In this document: positions 1 to 12,171 of the stretch, piece by piece
Position numbering within the stretch: position 1 is the first letter of the stretch
Layout: each line of letters opens with the position of its first letter
Source: an uncultured bacterium
GTDB lineage: Bacteria > Krumholzibacteriota > Krumholzibacteriia > LZORAL124-64-63
DNA: 64,000 nt
Assembly (NCBI GenBank): GCA_963727525.1
Contig: CAVSGO010000003.1
Location: forward strand, 32,001-96,000
Direction: 5' to 3'
Notes under the pieces: generated by a model
The model's database searches: none
What the model was told of the DNA's origin: nothing
Seen by the model: the letters and a program-made list of their open reading frames with translations, nothing else
Translations under genes and position numbers: made by a program

Positions 1-1148
1 CAGCGGCGCAGAGTCGTTCGGCAGCCGGTTCGCACGCCTTCCCGGGCGACGCGTACATCTGCGGCGGCTTGCGCTTCGGACTCGGCAGAGGCGAGTTCTT
101 CGCGGCGTCGGGCAACCTCACGGGTGGCCTCGAGAGCGAGCCGTAAACGACGGAGCCCGTCCTCGGCCCTATCGGCTTCCTCGACCACGGCTTCCTGTCG
201 CGCTCCCTTGGTGCTCAATTCGTCGCAGACCCGCGTAAGCAATTCGTTGGTCTGGTCGAGTTGCTTCTGCGCCTCGCGGTGCGCATTCTCAGCTTCGGTG
301 AGGCTGCGCCGTCGCTCGTCGGCACGCTCGCGGGTGGCCAGGAAGGCCGCGGCGAACATCGTCTGACCCGACTCGAAGACGCCACCGATCTCGCGCTCCA
401 ATCGTTGCGATTCCTGAACCTCGGTGCGAGTACGTCGGCACGCATCGAGGTTGGCCTTCATGCGCTGGAGCGTGTCCGCGAGCCCGCTCTCCTCCTTCAG
501 GAGGAAGGACCGCAACTCCGTGGTGAGAGCCCGGGAGATGCCGCCGGTCATGCTGGTGCGCAGCATCTCGTTGAGCTTGTTGCGCTCCTCGTCCGTACCG
601 AGGCGTAGCGGCGTGACGCCGTGGTCGAAGAGGGCCGCGAAGTAGTCGCGCGCGGTGCCGAACACCTGCATGCGCGCGCCGACGCGAGCGGCGTTCTCAC
701 GCAGCTCGTTCAGCTCGGGGACGGCCTCGTGGTCGCCTTGGGAGAGCAGCAGCAGGTCCTGGAGCCGCACGTCTCCGGCGAGGCCCGAGATGATGAACGG
801 AGTGGGCTCGACGGACGGCTCGCCCTTCCGTTCGAGGTGCACGCCCGCGACCAGGCGCTTTTCGTCCGCGAGAACGAAGTCGATGGCCGAATAGGCTGGT
901 CGGCCCGGCTCGCCGAGGCGTCCCCAGATGCCCTTGTCCCCGCCGGTCGCGCCAGTCTCGCCGAGGTTCGTGAAACGAAGCCTCGACATGTCGGGCAAGA
1001 GCACGACGTAGGCGGCGATCATCACCGTCGTCTTGCCGGCGCCATTGGCGCCCTCGAGCGCGGTCACATTGCGGTCGATGAGGTACCGTTCGTAGAAGAC
1101 GCCCTTCCAGTTGACGAGCGCGAGGGCCTGGGCGCGTGTACGGCTCAT
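1..1148 (-). CDS. mukB: SMC-family condensin subunit MukB, N-terminal part (runs off the left edge)
   Basis: Not in the ORF track. Hand translation from ATG 1148 gives MSRTRAQALALVNWKGVFYERY...LEGANGAGKTT (Walker A)...LLPDMSRLRFTN...GGDKGIWGRL and later SMTGGISRALTTELRSFLL, colinear with the enterobacterial MukB head. ATGA overlap with the mukE stop. Confidence 0.9.
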   Translation of the reverse strand, partial: MSRTRAQALALVNWKGVFYERYLIDRNVTALEGANGAGKTTVMIAAYVVLLPDMSRLRFTNLGETGATGGDKGIWGRLGEPGRPAYSAIDFVLADEKRLVAGVHLERKGEPSVEPTPFIISGLAGDVRLQDLLLLSQGDHEAVPELNELRENAARVGARMQVFGTARDYFAALFDHGVTPLRLGTDEERNKLNEMLRTSMTGGISRALTTELRSFLLKEESGLADTLQRMKANLDACRRTRTEVQESQRLEREIGGVFESGQTMFAAAFLATRERADERRRSLTEAENAHREAQKQLDQTNELLTRVCDELSTKGARQEAVVEEADRAEDGLRRLRLALEATREVARRREELASAESEAQAAADVRVAREGVRTGCRTTLRR

Positions 1149-1837
1149 CCGCCCGCCTCCTCCTCTTCGTCGTCCGTTCCGTTGTTCTCGCCATCGGTGT
1201 CATTCTCGTCGGCTTCGCCCAGGACGACCTCACCGTCTTGAACGAGACGCTCCAGAGCCGCATGTCGATCGCTCAGGTCCCGCACCGGCTCGGCAAATCG
1301 CATCAAGGCCGGCCGCAGGCGCAGCATGCCATCGTCCACCGCGTCGATGAACCCCAGGTCGGCCAGCCGCCGGAGGGCCTCCGCGACCTTCGTGCGCACC
1401 GTCTCGGCGGCCACGCGCTCGTCGTACCTTTTCTTTCGCGGGTTCAGGGTGCGCACCAGCGTTTCCGTTCCGAGTAGCCCCGAAAGCCGCTGAAGCAGGG
1501 CGTCCCGCGGGACGACGCCGCCGTGCTGCAACGTGGCGGGGTCGAGATACATCAGCGCCAGCGTCTGGCCGACGAGCATCTCCCCTGCCGACAGGTGGCG
1601 GCGACCGAGCCGTTCCCCCGAGGGGAGAAGGTAGAAGTACCCATCCGATCGCTGCACCAGCTCGCAACCGAAGCGGCGATAGAACGATTCGAGATGGTCG
1701 AGGGCGTCGACGAGGTAATCGTAGGTCATGCCGTCATCGCGACCGATATGCCGACCGCGGCGAAGTGCGAGGTCCACTTCGGGAAAGAGCTCGTTGGCAA
1801 TGACCTCCTCGAGGGATTGGAAGCCGGAAACCGTCAC
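1145..1837 (-). CDS. mukE: Condensin KITE subunit MukE
   Basis: IANELFPEVDLALRRGRHIG...LESFYRRFGCELVQRSDGYFYL...EMLVGQTLALMYLDP matches MukE. The GTG start overlaps the mukF stop (GTGA), with GAGGAG upstream. Confidence 0.9.
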   Translation of the reverse strand: MTVSGFQSLEEVIANELFPEVDLALRRGRHIGRDDGMTYDYLVDALDHLESFYRRFGCELVQRSDGYFYLLPSGERLGRRHLSAGEMLVGQTLALMYLDPATLQHGGVVPRDALLQRLSGLLGTETLVRTLNPRKKRYDERVAAETVRTKVAEALRRLADLGFIDAVDDGMLRLRPALMRFAEPVRDLSDRHAALERLVQDGEVVLGEADENDTDGENNGTDDEEEEAGG

Positions 1838-3135
1838 GGCGAAGTCTCCTCTCTGGGCAGATCCCAATCCTCCACCTCGAGCTGCGGTTCGATCGGCCGC
1901 CACGGGCGCTCATACGCGCTGCGAACCCGGGTCACGTGTGCCAGCGTGTCGGCCACGCGTCCGGTGATCCCGTACTGCAATTCCGCGGGAAACTCGAGCA
2001 GCACCCACTCGGTGACCTCGGCCAGGGTCGTGGCGCCCGCGGCGAGAGCCTCTGCGACCAACGTCTCGATGGCACGTCCAGTATCGACCGGCTCGACGAA
2101 CTCTGGCGCGGCCTCCCGGTCCGTTCGGAGCCTGGCCACCGGCGGGCGGTCGACTCTAGGTTCAAGGGGGCGTAGCAGCCGGATCGACGGCGTCGCCGCT
2201 ACCAGCAGGTGAAAGGGCGCCGCGGTCCACCCCGCGACCTGGTCACGAAGGCGTTGGCTCAGGGCCCGGTCAGGGTCGAGCCGAACCACGTCGCGCAGGT
2301 AGCGATGCACGTACTGATAGTATTCCGACCACGCGCGCTGCCGTGCACCACCCCAGGCTGCGATGCGGTCGACGTGCTCGATGACTCGCTGCACGGCCTC
2401 TTCGGGCTCAACCTGTTCCGCCTCACCGGCCAATGCCTGGATCTCCTGTAGCAGCGCCAAGAAGTGATGGGTATCGCGCAGCAGGACCTCGTTGAGCTCA
2501 CGCAGCGTGTCCGTGCTCGTCTCGAGCAGCGACTGGCAGCGATCCACGGCACCAAACCAGTCCGCCTGCAGGAGTTTCGCGATCTCCGCCTGGACCTCCT
2601 CCTGCTGGGAGTCGAGCCCGCGTTGCCGCCGTTCGATGCCGCCGACGAGATCTCCAACCGTCACACGCAGCGGGGCTACCACCTGCTGGTGCCAGTCTTC
2701 GTCGTCGACGGCGTGTTTCGCGGCAGCGAGGACTTCCGCGAGCTGGGCGCGCAACGTGCCGGTCAGCAGGGTCAGGCTCTCGCGGGTGAGCGCCTCGTCG
2801 GCGAGAAAATATTCGACGACGGCCGCGGCCAGCCGCGTGAGCGCATACTCGCCCGACCGGACGATGCCCGCGCCGTCGACCCGAGCCAACATGCGCTGGT
2901 CGCGCAATTTCTGGATGGTGTGGGTCGCCCGCGTGCGCGGCCGCTCCGTGCCCGGTTCGACCACGTCGCAGACCTGCTCGAACATATCGACGAGTACGTC
3001 CTCCTCGAACGACGCGAGCGCCGCGCGGTCCGCCCGAAGGTACAGGCTGGCCAGAAAACACAGGTCGATCGTCCTCAAGTCCAGATTGACCCGGTCCCGC
3101 ATGAGCGCGCCGATGAGGGGGTTCGGGTCGGGCAT
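1834..3135 (-). CDS. mukF: Condensin kleisin subunit MukF
   Basis: WHQQVVAPLRVTV...LDSQQEEVQAEIAKLLQADWFGAVDRCQSLLETSTDTLRELNE...YYQYVHRYLRDVVRLD matches MukF; first gene of the F-E-B order. Confidence 0.88.
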   Translation of the reverse strand: MPDPNPLIGALMRDRVNLDLRTIDLCFLASLYLRADRAALASFEEDVLVDMFEQVCDVVEPGTERPRTRATHTIQKLRDQRMLARVDGAGIVRSGEYALTRLAAAVVEYFLADEALTRESLTLLTGTLRAQLAEVLAAAKHAVDDEDWHQQVVAPLRVTVGDLVGGIERRQRGLDSQQEEVQAEIAKLLQADWFGAVDRCQSLLETSTDTLRELNEVLLRDTHHFLALLQEIQALAGEAEQVEPEEAVQRVIEHVDRIAAWGGARQRAWSEYYQYVHRYLRDVVRLDPDRALSQRLRDQVAGWTAAPFHLLVAATPSIRLLRPLEPRVDRPPVARLRTDREAAPEFVEPVDTGRAIETLVAEALAAGATTLAEVTEWVLLEFPAELQYGITGRVADTLAHVTRVRSAYERPWRPIEPQLEVEDWDLPREETSP

Positions 3136-3724
3136 CAGGCCGTTCCAATCACCTGCCGACGTGGCGTGTCGAAGGGGTGGGGCCAATGGGGGGAAGCGCC
3201 CTGGCTGGTTGGCCAGCTCGAGGAGTGTAGGAGCCGGTTATCTGGCATATGTCGCAGCCCGATCTCTCGAAGCGTAGCGCCGCTGACGTGCCGACAGTCC
3301 GGACGATTCTATGGCGAAATCTGTAGGGGGACAACAAGGAAAGGCATGCAGGGGTAGACGATCATCCGGAGGGGTCAGCCCCGTCTCGTGGAGGATGTGC
3401 CAGAACCGATTTCGAGGATCGCGAAGCATGAAATCTCCGATCTTGGCTCAAATTTTCGAAAACGAGATTCTCTTACAGCGTCGGATTTGGAGCGATACAA
3501 ACTCCAACAATTTGGAGCGTTTTTAAAATACGAAATCAAAATCAGCCAAAATTGAGCAATTCTAGATAGCCTGAAAGATTTGCAAGTTTAGTGGAGCTCA
3601 TTGGGGAGAGAATTAGAGTGCGTGGAATCGCTTGTCTTTAGCACAATTGAATCGATCGGGATTAGAGTGGGCTCAAGGAATTCTATTGAATCACCCCCCA
3701 ATTTGCTGTTTCTGTCTCGTCCCC

Positions 3725-3753
3725 TTGCAAGTTTTGCAAGATTGCCATAGAAT
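3725..3753 (+). promoter_or_regulatory. sigma70-like promoter of the ATPase-Schlafen gene
   Basis: TTGCAA-N17-TAGAAT, 40 nt upstream of the TTG start. Confidence 0.55.
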
Positions 3754-3792
3754 CCGGCTCAGTGGCTTCGGAACTGAAGGAAGAAGAGCAAG

Positions 3793-5373
3793 TTGGCAGA
3801 ACTGAGGGTCAACCCCTACAACCCCGGAAACCCGGTCAAACCGGCCCATTTCGCCGGCCGGACGGCCGAGATCGCGGAACTCGGGGCGAAGCTGGCGGCA
3901 GCCAAGGAAGGGTTCCCGGCCAGCATTTTCGTTCAGGGAGAATGGGGAATCGGGAAAACCTCCCTGCTCAAGAAGATGCACTCCGAATTCAGCAAGCATG
4001 GGGTCGTGATTCGTGAGGATGTGCCGGAGGGGACGGCAGAAACCCAGATTCGCGCTCTCTATCCGGCCATTTTTCAGGACCTGAAGGCTGAAACCGGGAT
4101 TGAGATCGAGGCGAACGCTGAGATCGACTACGACCAGCCTAGAACTCTTCGGATTCTGCTCACGAAGCTGGTCTCCGCCCTTTGGGAGCAGAAGAGCCAG
4201 TTGGCGATCGTCGTCCTCGATAACCTGGAGCGGGCCCAGCCGGAGTTTCTGGCCGGGGTCAAGGATGTCTTCCAGCGAGTGGGCGAGGATGCTCCTCATT
4301 TCATGCTCGTATTCGCCGGGAAGTCATTACCTGGCGCCGGACAACACGCCTCCGACCCCATCGCCCGCTTCTTTCAGACGATCCCGGTCGGACCGATGTC
4401 GGATGCCGAAGCTCTGCAGGCGATTTCCAAGCCCATCGAACTGGACCCTGAATTTCTGATAGATGACGAGGCCGCTCAGATGATCCAGGAGCAAACGGCA
4501 GGGCACCCCTATTTTCTGAAGCAGGTCTGCTCCCACGTCTTCCAGTGCGCCGGCGGCACCGGAAGGATCGATAGGGAATGGCTGGAAAGGCACTGGAGTG
4601 ACGTCGAAGTCAGCCTAGAGGATTCTCGGTTTCGTTCAGAGTTTGTGGACCTCCCGAAGGCGGAATCGACGACTCTGATGTTCGGTAGCCTGCACGGAGT
4701 GGAGTTCCCTCGGTCCGCGGTCGCCGAGCCGAAGGGCTCAACCCTCGACTCCGCTCTCCGTCGTTTGACGAAGGAGCGAGGACTCCTCAGGTCCGCTGCG
4801 CGGGGGATTTACGCATTCTACCACCCCCTGTTCCACGCTTACGTATTGGCCAAGGCCCATGGCGAGGGTCTCGTGGAGCCCCGTGAAGTGGGCCGGTCCC
4901 TCGAGGAAGTCATTGGACAGGGCGAGAGCAGCAACCTGGAGTTCAAGGAGACACTTCAGTTCAATATTGTTACCGAGAAGAAGGACGCTAAACTTGCCAA
5001 CGCCGTATTGAAGACGATCGCGGCGTTCCACAACACCGGTGGCGGGACCCTCCTCATTGGAGTTGCGGACGACGGTTCGGTCAAAGGGCTTGACCGCGAT
5101 CTGAGCTTGCGCCCGCCAAAAAAGAGGAACGATGATCAGTACACCCTTATGCTCCAGGACCTGGTCCACGACAATCTGACGCCCAAGCGCCCCAACAGGG
5201 TTGATATCCGGATCGAGGAACTGGCTGGCGGTAAGATCTGTGTCGTCGACGTTCCCGCGCTCGCTGAAGTCACCTATCTCGGGGACAAGCTGTTCGTGCG
5301 AGATGGCCCCCGGTCTATTGAGCTCGCGGGAGAAGAGATGGAGCGATTCCTGCGGGGCCGGGGCACTGACTGA
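3793..5373 (+). CDS. STAND-like P-loop ATPase with wHTH and C-terminal AlbA_2 (Schlafen) domain
   Basis: NPYNPG..FAGR N-terminus, Walker A GEWGIGKT, Walker B IVVLDN, TAGHPYFL (GxP). C-terminal ESSNLEFKET...IAAFHNTGGGTLLIGVADDG is the AlbA_2 signature. Confidence 0.85.
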   Translation: MAELRVNPYNPGNPVKPAHFAGRTAEIAELGAKLAAAKEGFPASIFVQGEWGIGKTSLLKKMHSEFSKHGVVIREDVPEGTAETQIRALYPAIFQDLKAETGIEIEANAEIDYDQPRTLRILLTKLVSALWEQKSQLAIVVLDNLERAQPEFLAGVKDVFQRVGEDAPHFMLVFAGKSLPGAGQHASDPIARFFQTIPVGPMSDAEALQAISKPIELDPEFLIDDEAAQMIQEQTAGHPYFLKQVCSHVFQCAGGTGRIDREWLERHWSDVEVSLEDSRFRSEFVDLPKAESTTLMFGSLHGVEFPRSAVAEPKGSTLDSALRRLTKERGLLRSAARGIYAFYHPLFHAYVLAKAHGEGLVEPREVGRSLEEVIGQGESSNLEFKETLQFNIVTEKKDAKLANAVLKTIAAFHNTGGGTLLIGVADDGSVKGLDRDLSLRPPKKRNDDQYTLMLQDLVHDNLTPKRPNRVDIRIEELAGGKICVVDVPALAEVTYLGDKLFVRDGPRSIELAGEEMERFLRGRGTD

Positions 5374-5374
5374 C

Positions 5375-5400
5375 CCGCTCGAGAAAGGCGGGGCTTTTTC
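5375..5400 (+). terminator. Probable intrinsic terminator
   Basis: CCCGC...GCGGG stem followed by a T-run just after the stop. Confidence 0.4.
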
Positions 5401-5602
5401 AAAGACGACACGCCAGCCTGGCCTCCCAAACCCTGGCCGGCGTGGCAAGTCGTGGCCGTGTAACATTCCCTTTCTGAGTTTCCTATATCACGATCCAGGG
5501 TCCCAAACTCGATTCCATGGCGGCGGGTCCGACCACTGGTGGTGCGGTCGGCGAGCACCTCGCGAGGGTACTCCAATCGATGGCCATGGGCTGGATGCAA
5601 GC

Positions 5603-6487
5603 GTGAAGCTCTTTCGAGCATTCGCGAGCAAGATCGCCAAGCGCGGCCGGCGCTATTGGCAGCATCAGCTCCTCGAGAAGCTGAACGCCCAGCGATACGG
5701 TGCGCCCGGCTCATTCAATCAAGTCGAGAGACTCGTGTGGTCTCTCGCCGCTGCGCTCGAGAAGCCGACGGCGGCTGAGGGGCTCAGGGGTGCTCAATCG
5801 CTGACGGAGGAGGGGTATGCCACCTGGCTCGAGCGGCTGCGTGAGATCGTCTCGTTGGCCGAGCGGGCCGGCGTGCTGGTGGGACGAGTTCGGATGCTCG
5901 AACGGGAGATGGCCAACCTGCCGAAGTTGCTCGACAGGATCAAGATGGCGACTTCGGACGCCGAGGTACATACGGCCCGGGAGAGCGTGTCCATGTGGAT
6001 GCGCCACGTGAACCTCGTGTTGGCGGAGATGCGTGCGGAGGTCGAGGAGGAATTCCACGTCGATCTCATCACAGTGCTGCCCGATGCGCTCCGTGCCCAG
6101 GCCGGGGCGCTCGCCGCGAGCCGTATTGATGTGACGGTGCAGGGGGTCGGGGTGGAACCGGCGAGCTGGCGGCCCGACACTGGGCCGCGGGTCGTTTGCG
6201 ACGCCGATGATCTGCGGATCGTTCTCGACGAGGTCGTGGGCAGTGCGATCGTGGCGATGGAGGGGGCGGCCCTGCGGGTGTTGTCCATTGACTGGCTTCA
6301 GGGGGACCACGACATCGAGTTGCGCGTCAGGAGCACCGGAAGCGTCGGGACTGAGAACAAGTTTGCGTCCGAAAACGCCCGGCACGGCCTTCGCCTGTTC
6401 ATGGGGGCCACCTGGGTCGCACCGGACCCGTCGGATGGAGAACCGGCCGTCGTGGTGCGGCTTCGGACCGTGGCCGATCACGGTTGA
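5603..6487 (+). CDS. Hypothetical protein or remnant with a degenerate HATPase_c-like C-terminus
   Basis: Helical region followed by VVCDADDLRIVLDEVVGSAIVAM...IELRVRSTG, resembling a histidine-kinase ATPase with eroded N and G boxes. Start uncertain. Confidence 0.45.
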   Translation: MKLFRAFASKIAKRGRRYWQHQLLEKLNAQRYGAPGSFNQVERLVWSLAAALEKPTAAEGLRGAQSLTEEGYATWLERLREIVSLAERAGVLVGRVRMLEREMANLPKLLDRIKMATSDAEVHTARESVSMWMRHVNLVLAEMRAEVEEEFHVDLITVLPDALRAQAGALAASRIDVTVQGVGVEPASWRPDTGPRVVCDADDLRIVLDEVVGSAIVAMEGAALRVLSIDWLQGDHDIELRVRSTGSVGTENKFASENARHGLRLFMGATWVAPDPSDGEPAVVVRLRTVADHG

Positions 6488-6527
6488 TTCCTCGACGGAC
6501 GGGATCACGCGTATTCTCGCCGCCCTC

Positions 6528-9203
<2,676 letters not shown>

Positions 9204-9790
9204 GGGGGGCCTCGCAGCGATCTGGGGTGTCGGGGTTCGCGGCGGCACCGCACTGGTCACGATCGTGATAAGATATGATCAGTCTTGATTTGCGCTCTTT
9301 TTGGGGGGGCTGGAGGCTTCTCGGCAGGGGGGTTGATGGCGAACCCTGCCGTCAGGGCTACGGGACGTTGAACGAAGTCCTCGCGTCGCCGCGTGAGTGT
9401 CGTCCGGATGGTCAGACTCCACGTCTAGAGTTGGGGTGGTCGTACGCCACGCTCAACGCCATCTATGAGAATTCTTGTGTATTCGAACGCCATGACGGAC
9501 TCCTCGTCGTAAGCTACGGTTGTGCAAGTATCTAGCTCAAGTTCTTCTCTTGTATCCAATTCATAGGTGGCGGACCACTCGGATCGTCGTGATCTAGAGA
9601 ATGCTGAATCTATGTAACCCACGCGCATATATAACGATACGAGACGCCTGGCGGGCACTTGAATCGGCATGGCAAATGCCATTACATGAGTTGATGGGGA
9701 AGAAAGCGATTCTCGGCGCACACGCCGTCTCCAGTAACTGAAACGCCTTCTGCTAGACATCGAGCCCGCGTATCAGCTAGCCGGTAGTTC

Positions 9791-11290
9791 ATGAAAGGAT
9801 TTGGGATCATCGTGGATACTCCTCTCTTGAGACGAATTTCCGTTGCCGGGCAGGTCTTTCTCCTCGGTTTGTCGCTGACCTCGTGCTCCAACTTCGATCC
9901 GATCGCGCCACCTCCCGCCGAGGTGCCGCGGGTGACTACACTGGTCGTTCCGGACGCATTCACTTCCATTGGAGCAGCGCTCGCGGAAGCATCATTCGGC
10001 GACACCGTTTCTGTCCGTGCGGGCACTTACGTCGAGACCAATCTCGTACTCATCGGGGGTGTCTACCTCAAAGGCGATGGGGCCGACTCCGTCACTATAG
10101 ATGCCAGCGATCTTGGTGGTGGTGACGTGCTTACGATCGCGAAGGGCGCACATGGAAGTGCCGCTTACTTGCATGGTATCGCCATCGATGCCGACTTTGG
10201 CACGGCTATCACGGTAGAGGAAGGAGTGAGGGCGTTTATTTCCGGTTGTAGAATTTCGGATTCTTACAACGGACTCGTTGTGGCCTGCTTCAACACGATC
10301 TCATCCGTTCAGCTAGACTCGTGTGAATTCGACAACAATGGAGCTCTCGAAGATCACTTCGGATCGCCCGGGCCCAACGCAATTTTCCTCGAGGGCTTGT
10401 GTGGCTGCTACCTTTATGACAGTACATTCACGGGCAACAAGAGCGATCTCCGAGGAGCAATATTCTGCAGAGGCGACGCCAGCGTGATTGAAGCCATTCG
10501 GTGCACATTCGCTGGTAACATCTCTGCCGGCAACGGTGCGGGGGCGGCAATCAGTGCGCAAGATGCGCACTTCGTGTATGCGCAGGGTTGCCATTTCGAG
10601 AACAACCAAGCGGCAACAGGTGGTGCTGTGGCTGTGACAAACACCGACCTCGTCCGCATCGAGGATTCCGACTTCCGCCAGAATCATGCTGGGCTTGGCG
10701 GAGCCGTTCTTCTTGCACGTATACAGGAGGCCAGAATCACCAATGACTTGTTTGTGGACAATACTGGTTATCGCGGTGGGGCGTTGAATCTCATGCAGGG
10801 AGCTTTCATGGTGTCGGGGTGTTTCTTTATCGGGAATGGCGTAGAAGACGATGGGCCGTTTTCACCACAGTCGACCGGCGGAGCGATCTTGGCGGACTTT
10901 GATGCGTTACTAACGGTCGAAGATTCGACGTTTTATGGAAACTGGGCCTACGGAGAGCCGGGGTATGCCGGTAGTGGCGCTTGTATCGATTTTCGGAGCG
11001 AGGTCGGTTACCTCTATATTCAGAATAGCATTCTTGCGGGTTCTCCTATGGGCGAATCGGTCAGTGGTATCGTTGCCGTCCTTGACGTCGACACAAGCGA
11101 TGTGTACGGGAACGTTGATGGGAACTACGCAGGCCTAATTGAGGAGTTCGCGGATGTCAATGGTAATATCTCCGCTGATCCTCTCTTCTGCGATCCGGAT
11201 CTTGGCGACTTTCGCCTTTCCGCCGGTTCGCCATGCATGACGGGGAACGGAGCCGTGCGAATGGGTGCTGGGAGCTCAGGATGCGAGTGA
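9791..11290 (+). CDS. Right-handed parallel beta-helix repeat lipoprotein
   Basis: Lipobox-like LTSC, repeated FxxN..GGA units, C-terminal GNISADPLFC..DFRLSAGSPC; visibly lower GC than its neighbours. Confidence 0.8.
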   Translation: MKGFGIIVDTPLLRRISVAGQVFLLGLSLTSCSNFDPIAPPPAEVPRVTTLVVPDAFTSIGAALAEASFGDTVSVRAGTYVETNLVLIGGVYLKGDGADSVTIDASDLGGGDVLTIAKGAHGSAAYLHGIAIDADFGTAITVEEGVRAFISGCRISDSYNGLVVACFNTISSVQLDSCEFDNNGALEDHFGSPGPNAIFLEGLCGCYLYDSTFTGNKSDLRGAIFCRGDASVIEAIRCTFAGNISAGNGAGAAISAQDAHFVYAQGCHFENNQAATGGAVAVTNTDLVRIEDSDFRQNHAGLGGAVLLARIQEARITNDLFVDNTGYRGGALNLMQGAFMVSGCFFIGNGVEDDGPFSPQSTGGAILADFDALLTVEDSTFYGNWAYGEPGYAGSGACIDFRSEVGYLYIQNSILAGSPMGESVSGIVAVLDVDTSDVYGNVDGNYAGLIEEFADVNGNISADPLFCDPDLGDFRLSAGSPCMTGNGAVRMGAGSSGCE

Positions 11291-11315
11291 TTGGTCCGTG
11301 CGGCAAGATCAGTGT

Positions 11316-11343
11316 GGGCTCCGCCCGGGTTCCAGCGGAGCCC
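11316..11343. terminator. Hairpin between convergent genes
   Basis: GGGCTCCGC-loop-GCGGAGCCC. Confidence 0.55.
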
Positions 11344-11354
11344 CGAAATGGCGA

Positions 11355-11981
11355 CTATCTGAAGATCGACTTCACATTGCTCCATGACTGCTCGTAGGCG
11401 GCGACGGTCGGCTCGACACTCACTCCGTCGAGAATCGGTCCCCAGTAGCCGCTGGGATCTGGGCTGCTGAAGGTGACCGTCGTCTGGTCCGCGATCGCGG
11501 TGAACTCGACGGAGAACTCGCCGTACTGGAGGTCGTACTGTGGCGAGCCTGGCTGGGCGAATTGACTCGTGATATCCGCGACGTCGACCTGGACGAGTCG
11601 GGGATTCGTGAACCAATCGGAGGCTGCAAAGTGGAACGTGAGCAGGTATGTCGCGCCGACCTCGGTCGCAAACGTCTGGGAAATCGTGCCGGAACTATCG
11701 CCGTTTCTGTTGAGGTCGACGACGAGATCACCGTCGTAGGCCGGCCCGAAGTGCGCCCCCGAACCCTCGACTCCTCCGAGGTGCCAATCGACGCCGTCGC
11801 CGCCGACGGACCAGCCTGTGATCGCCGTACTGCCGGCAGGCACCGTCACGACGGCTTCGCCGGGAGCAAAGTCGCCCAGCTCGAAGGACCCGTTCATAAT
11901 GAGATCGGCGAGCGCTGCGCCCGCCCCCACGAATACCAGACCGGCAATGAAGCCCGTCGCGAGAATCATGCGCTTTGACAT
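11355..11981 (-). CDS. Secreted DUF642/choice-of-anchor-C-like protein with SWSNVKSIFR tail
   Basis: Signal peptide, LIMNGSFE, ITGWSV, VDLN, ISQTFATEVG, WGPILDGVSV. Confidence 0.8.
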   Translation of the reverse strand: MSKRMILATGFIAGLVFVGAGAALADLIMNGSFELGDFAPGEAVVTVPAGSTAITGWSVGGDGVDWHLGGVEGSGAHFGPAYDGDLVVDLNRNGDSSGTISQTFATEVGATYLLTFHFAASDWFTNPRLVQVDVADITSQFAQPGSPQYDLQYGEFSVEFTAIADQTTVTFSSPDPSGYWGPILDGVSVEPTVAAYEQSWSNVKSIFR

Positions 11982-12122
11982 CGAAGTTGCGCCTCCCGTA
12001 GTCGTTGAGCCGTCAGGCCGCGTGGTGGCCCCTCCCTCCATAGGTGAATGCGATAGGTTAGGCGGATTTCGGAAGGAACAGATGCGCCTGACTGGCGTCA
12101 CCTACGTTTTCCGATAGGAGCC

Positions 12123-12165
12123 AGCCGGCTTGAGGTCGCGGTGCACGATGCCCTTCTCGTGCGCG
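12123..12165 (-). pseudogene. 43-bp Ser/Thr kinase fragment (AHEKGIVHRDLKPA)
   Basis: Near-identical to about 8797-8838 of the neighbouring kinase gene. Confidence 0.75.
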
Positions 12166-12171
12166 ACCAAT

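Noticed and set aside
9402-9420. Fourth copy of the 16-bp palindrome (GTCCGGATGGTCAGACTCC)
   Set aside because: Too degenerate and lacks the AT-rich box at the 4-nt distance.
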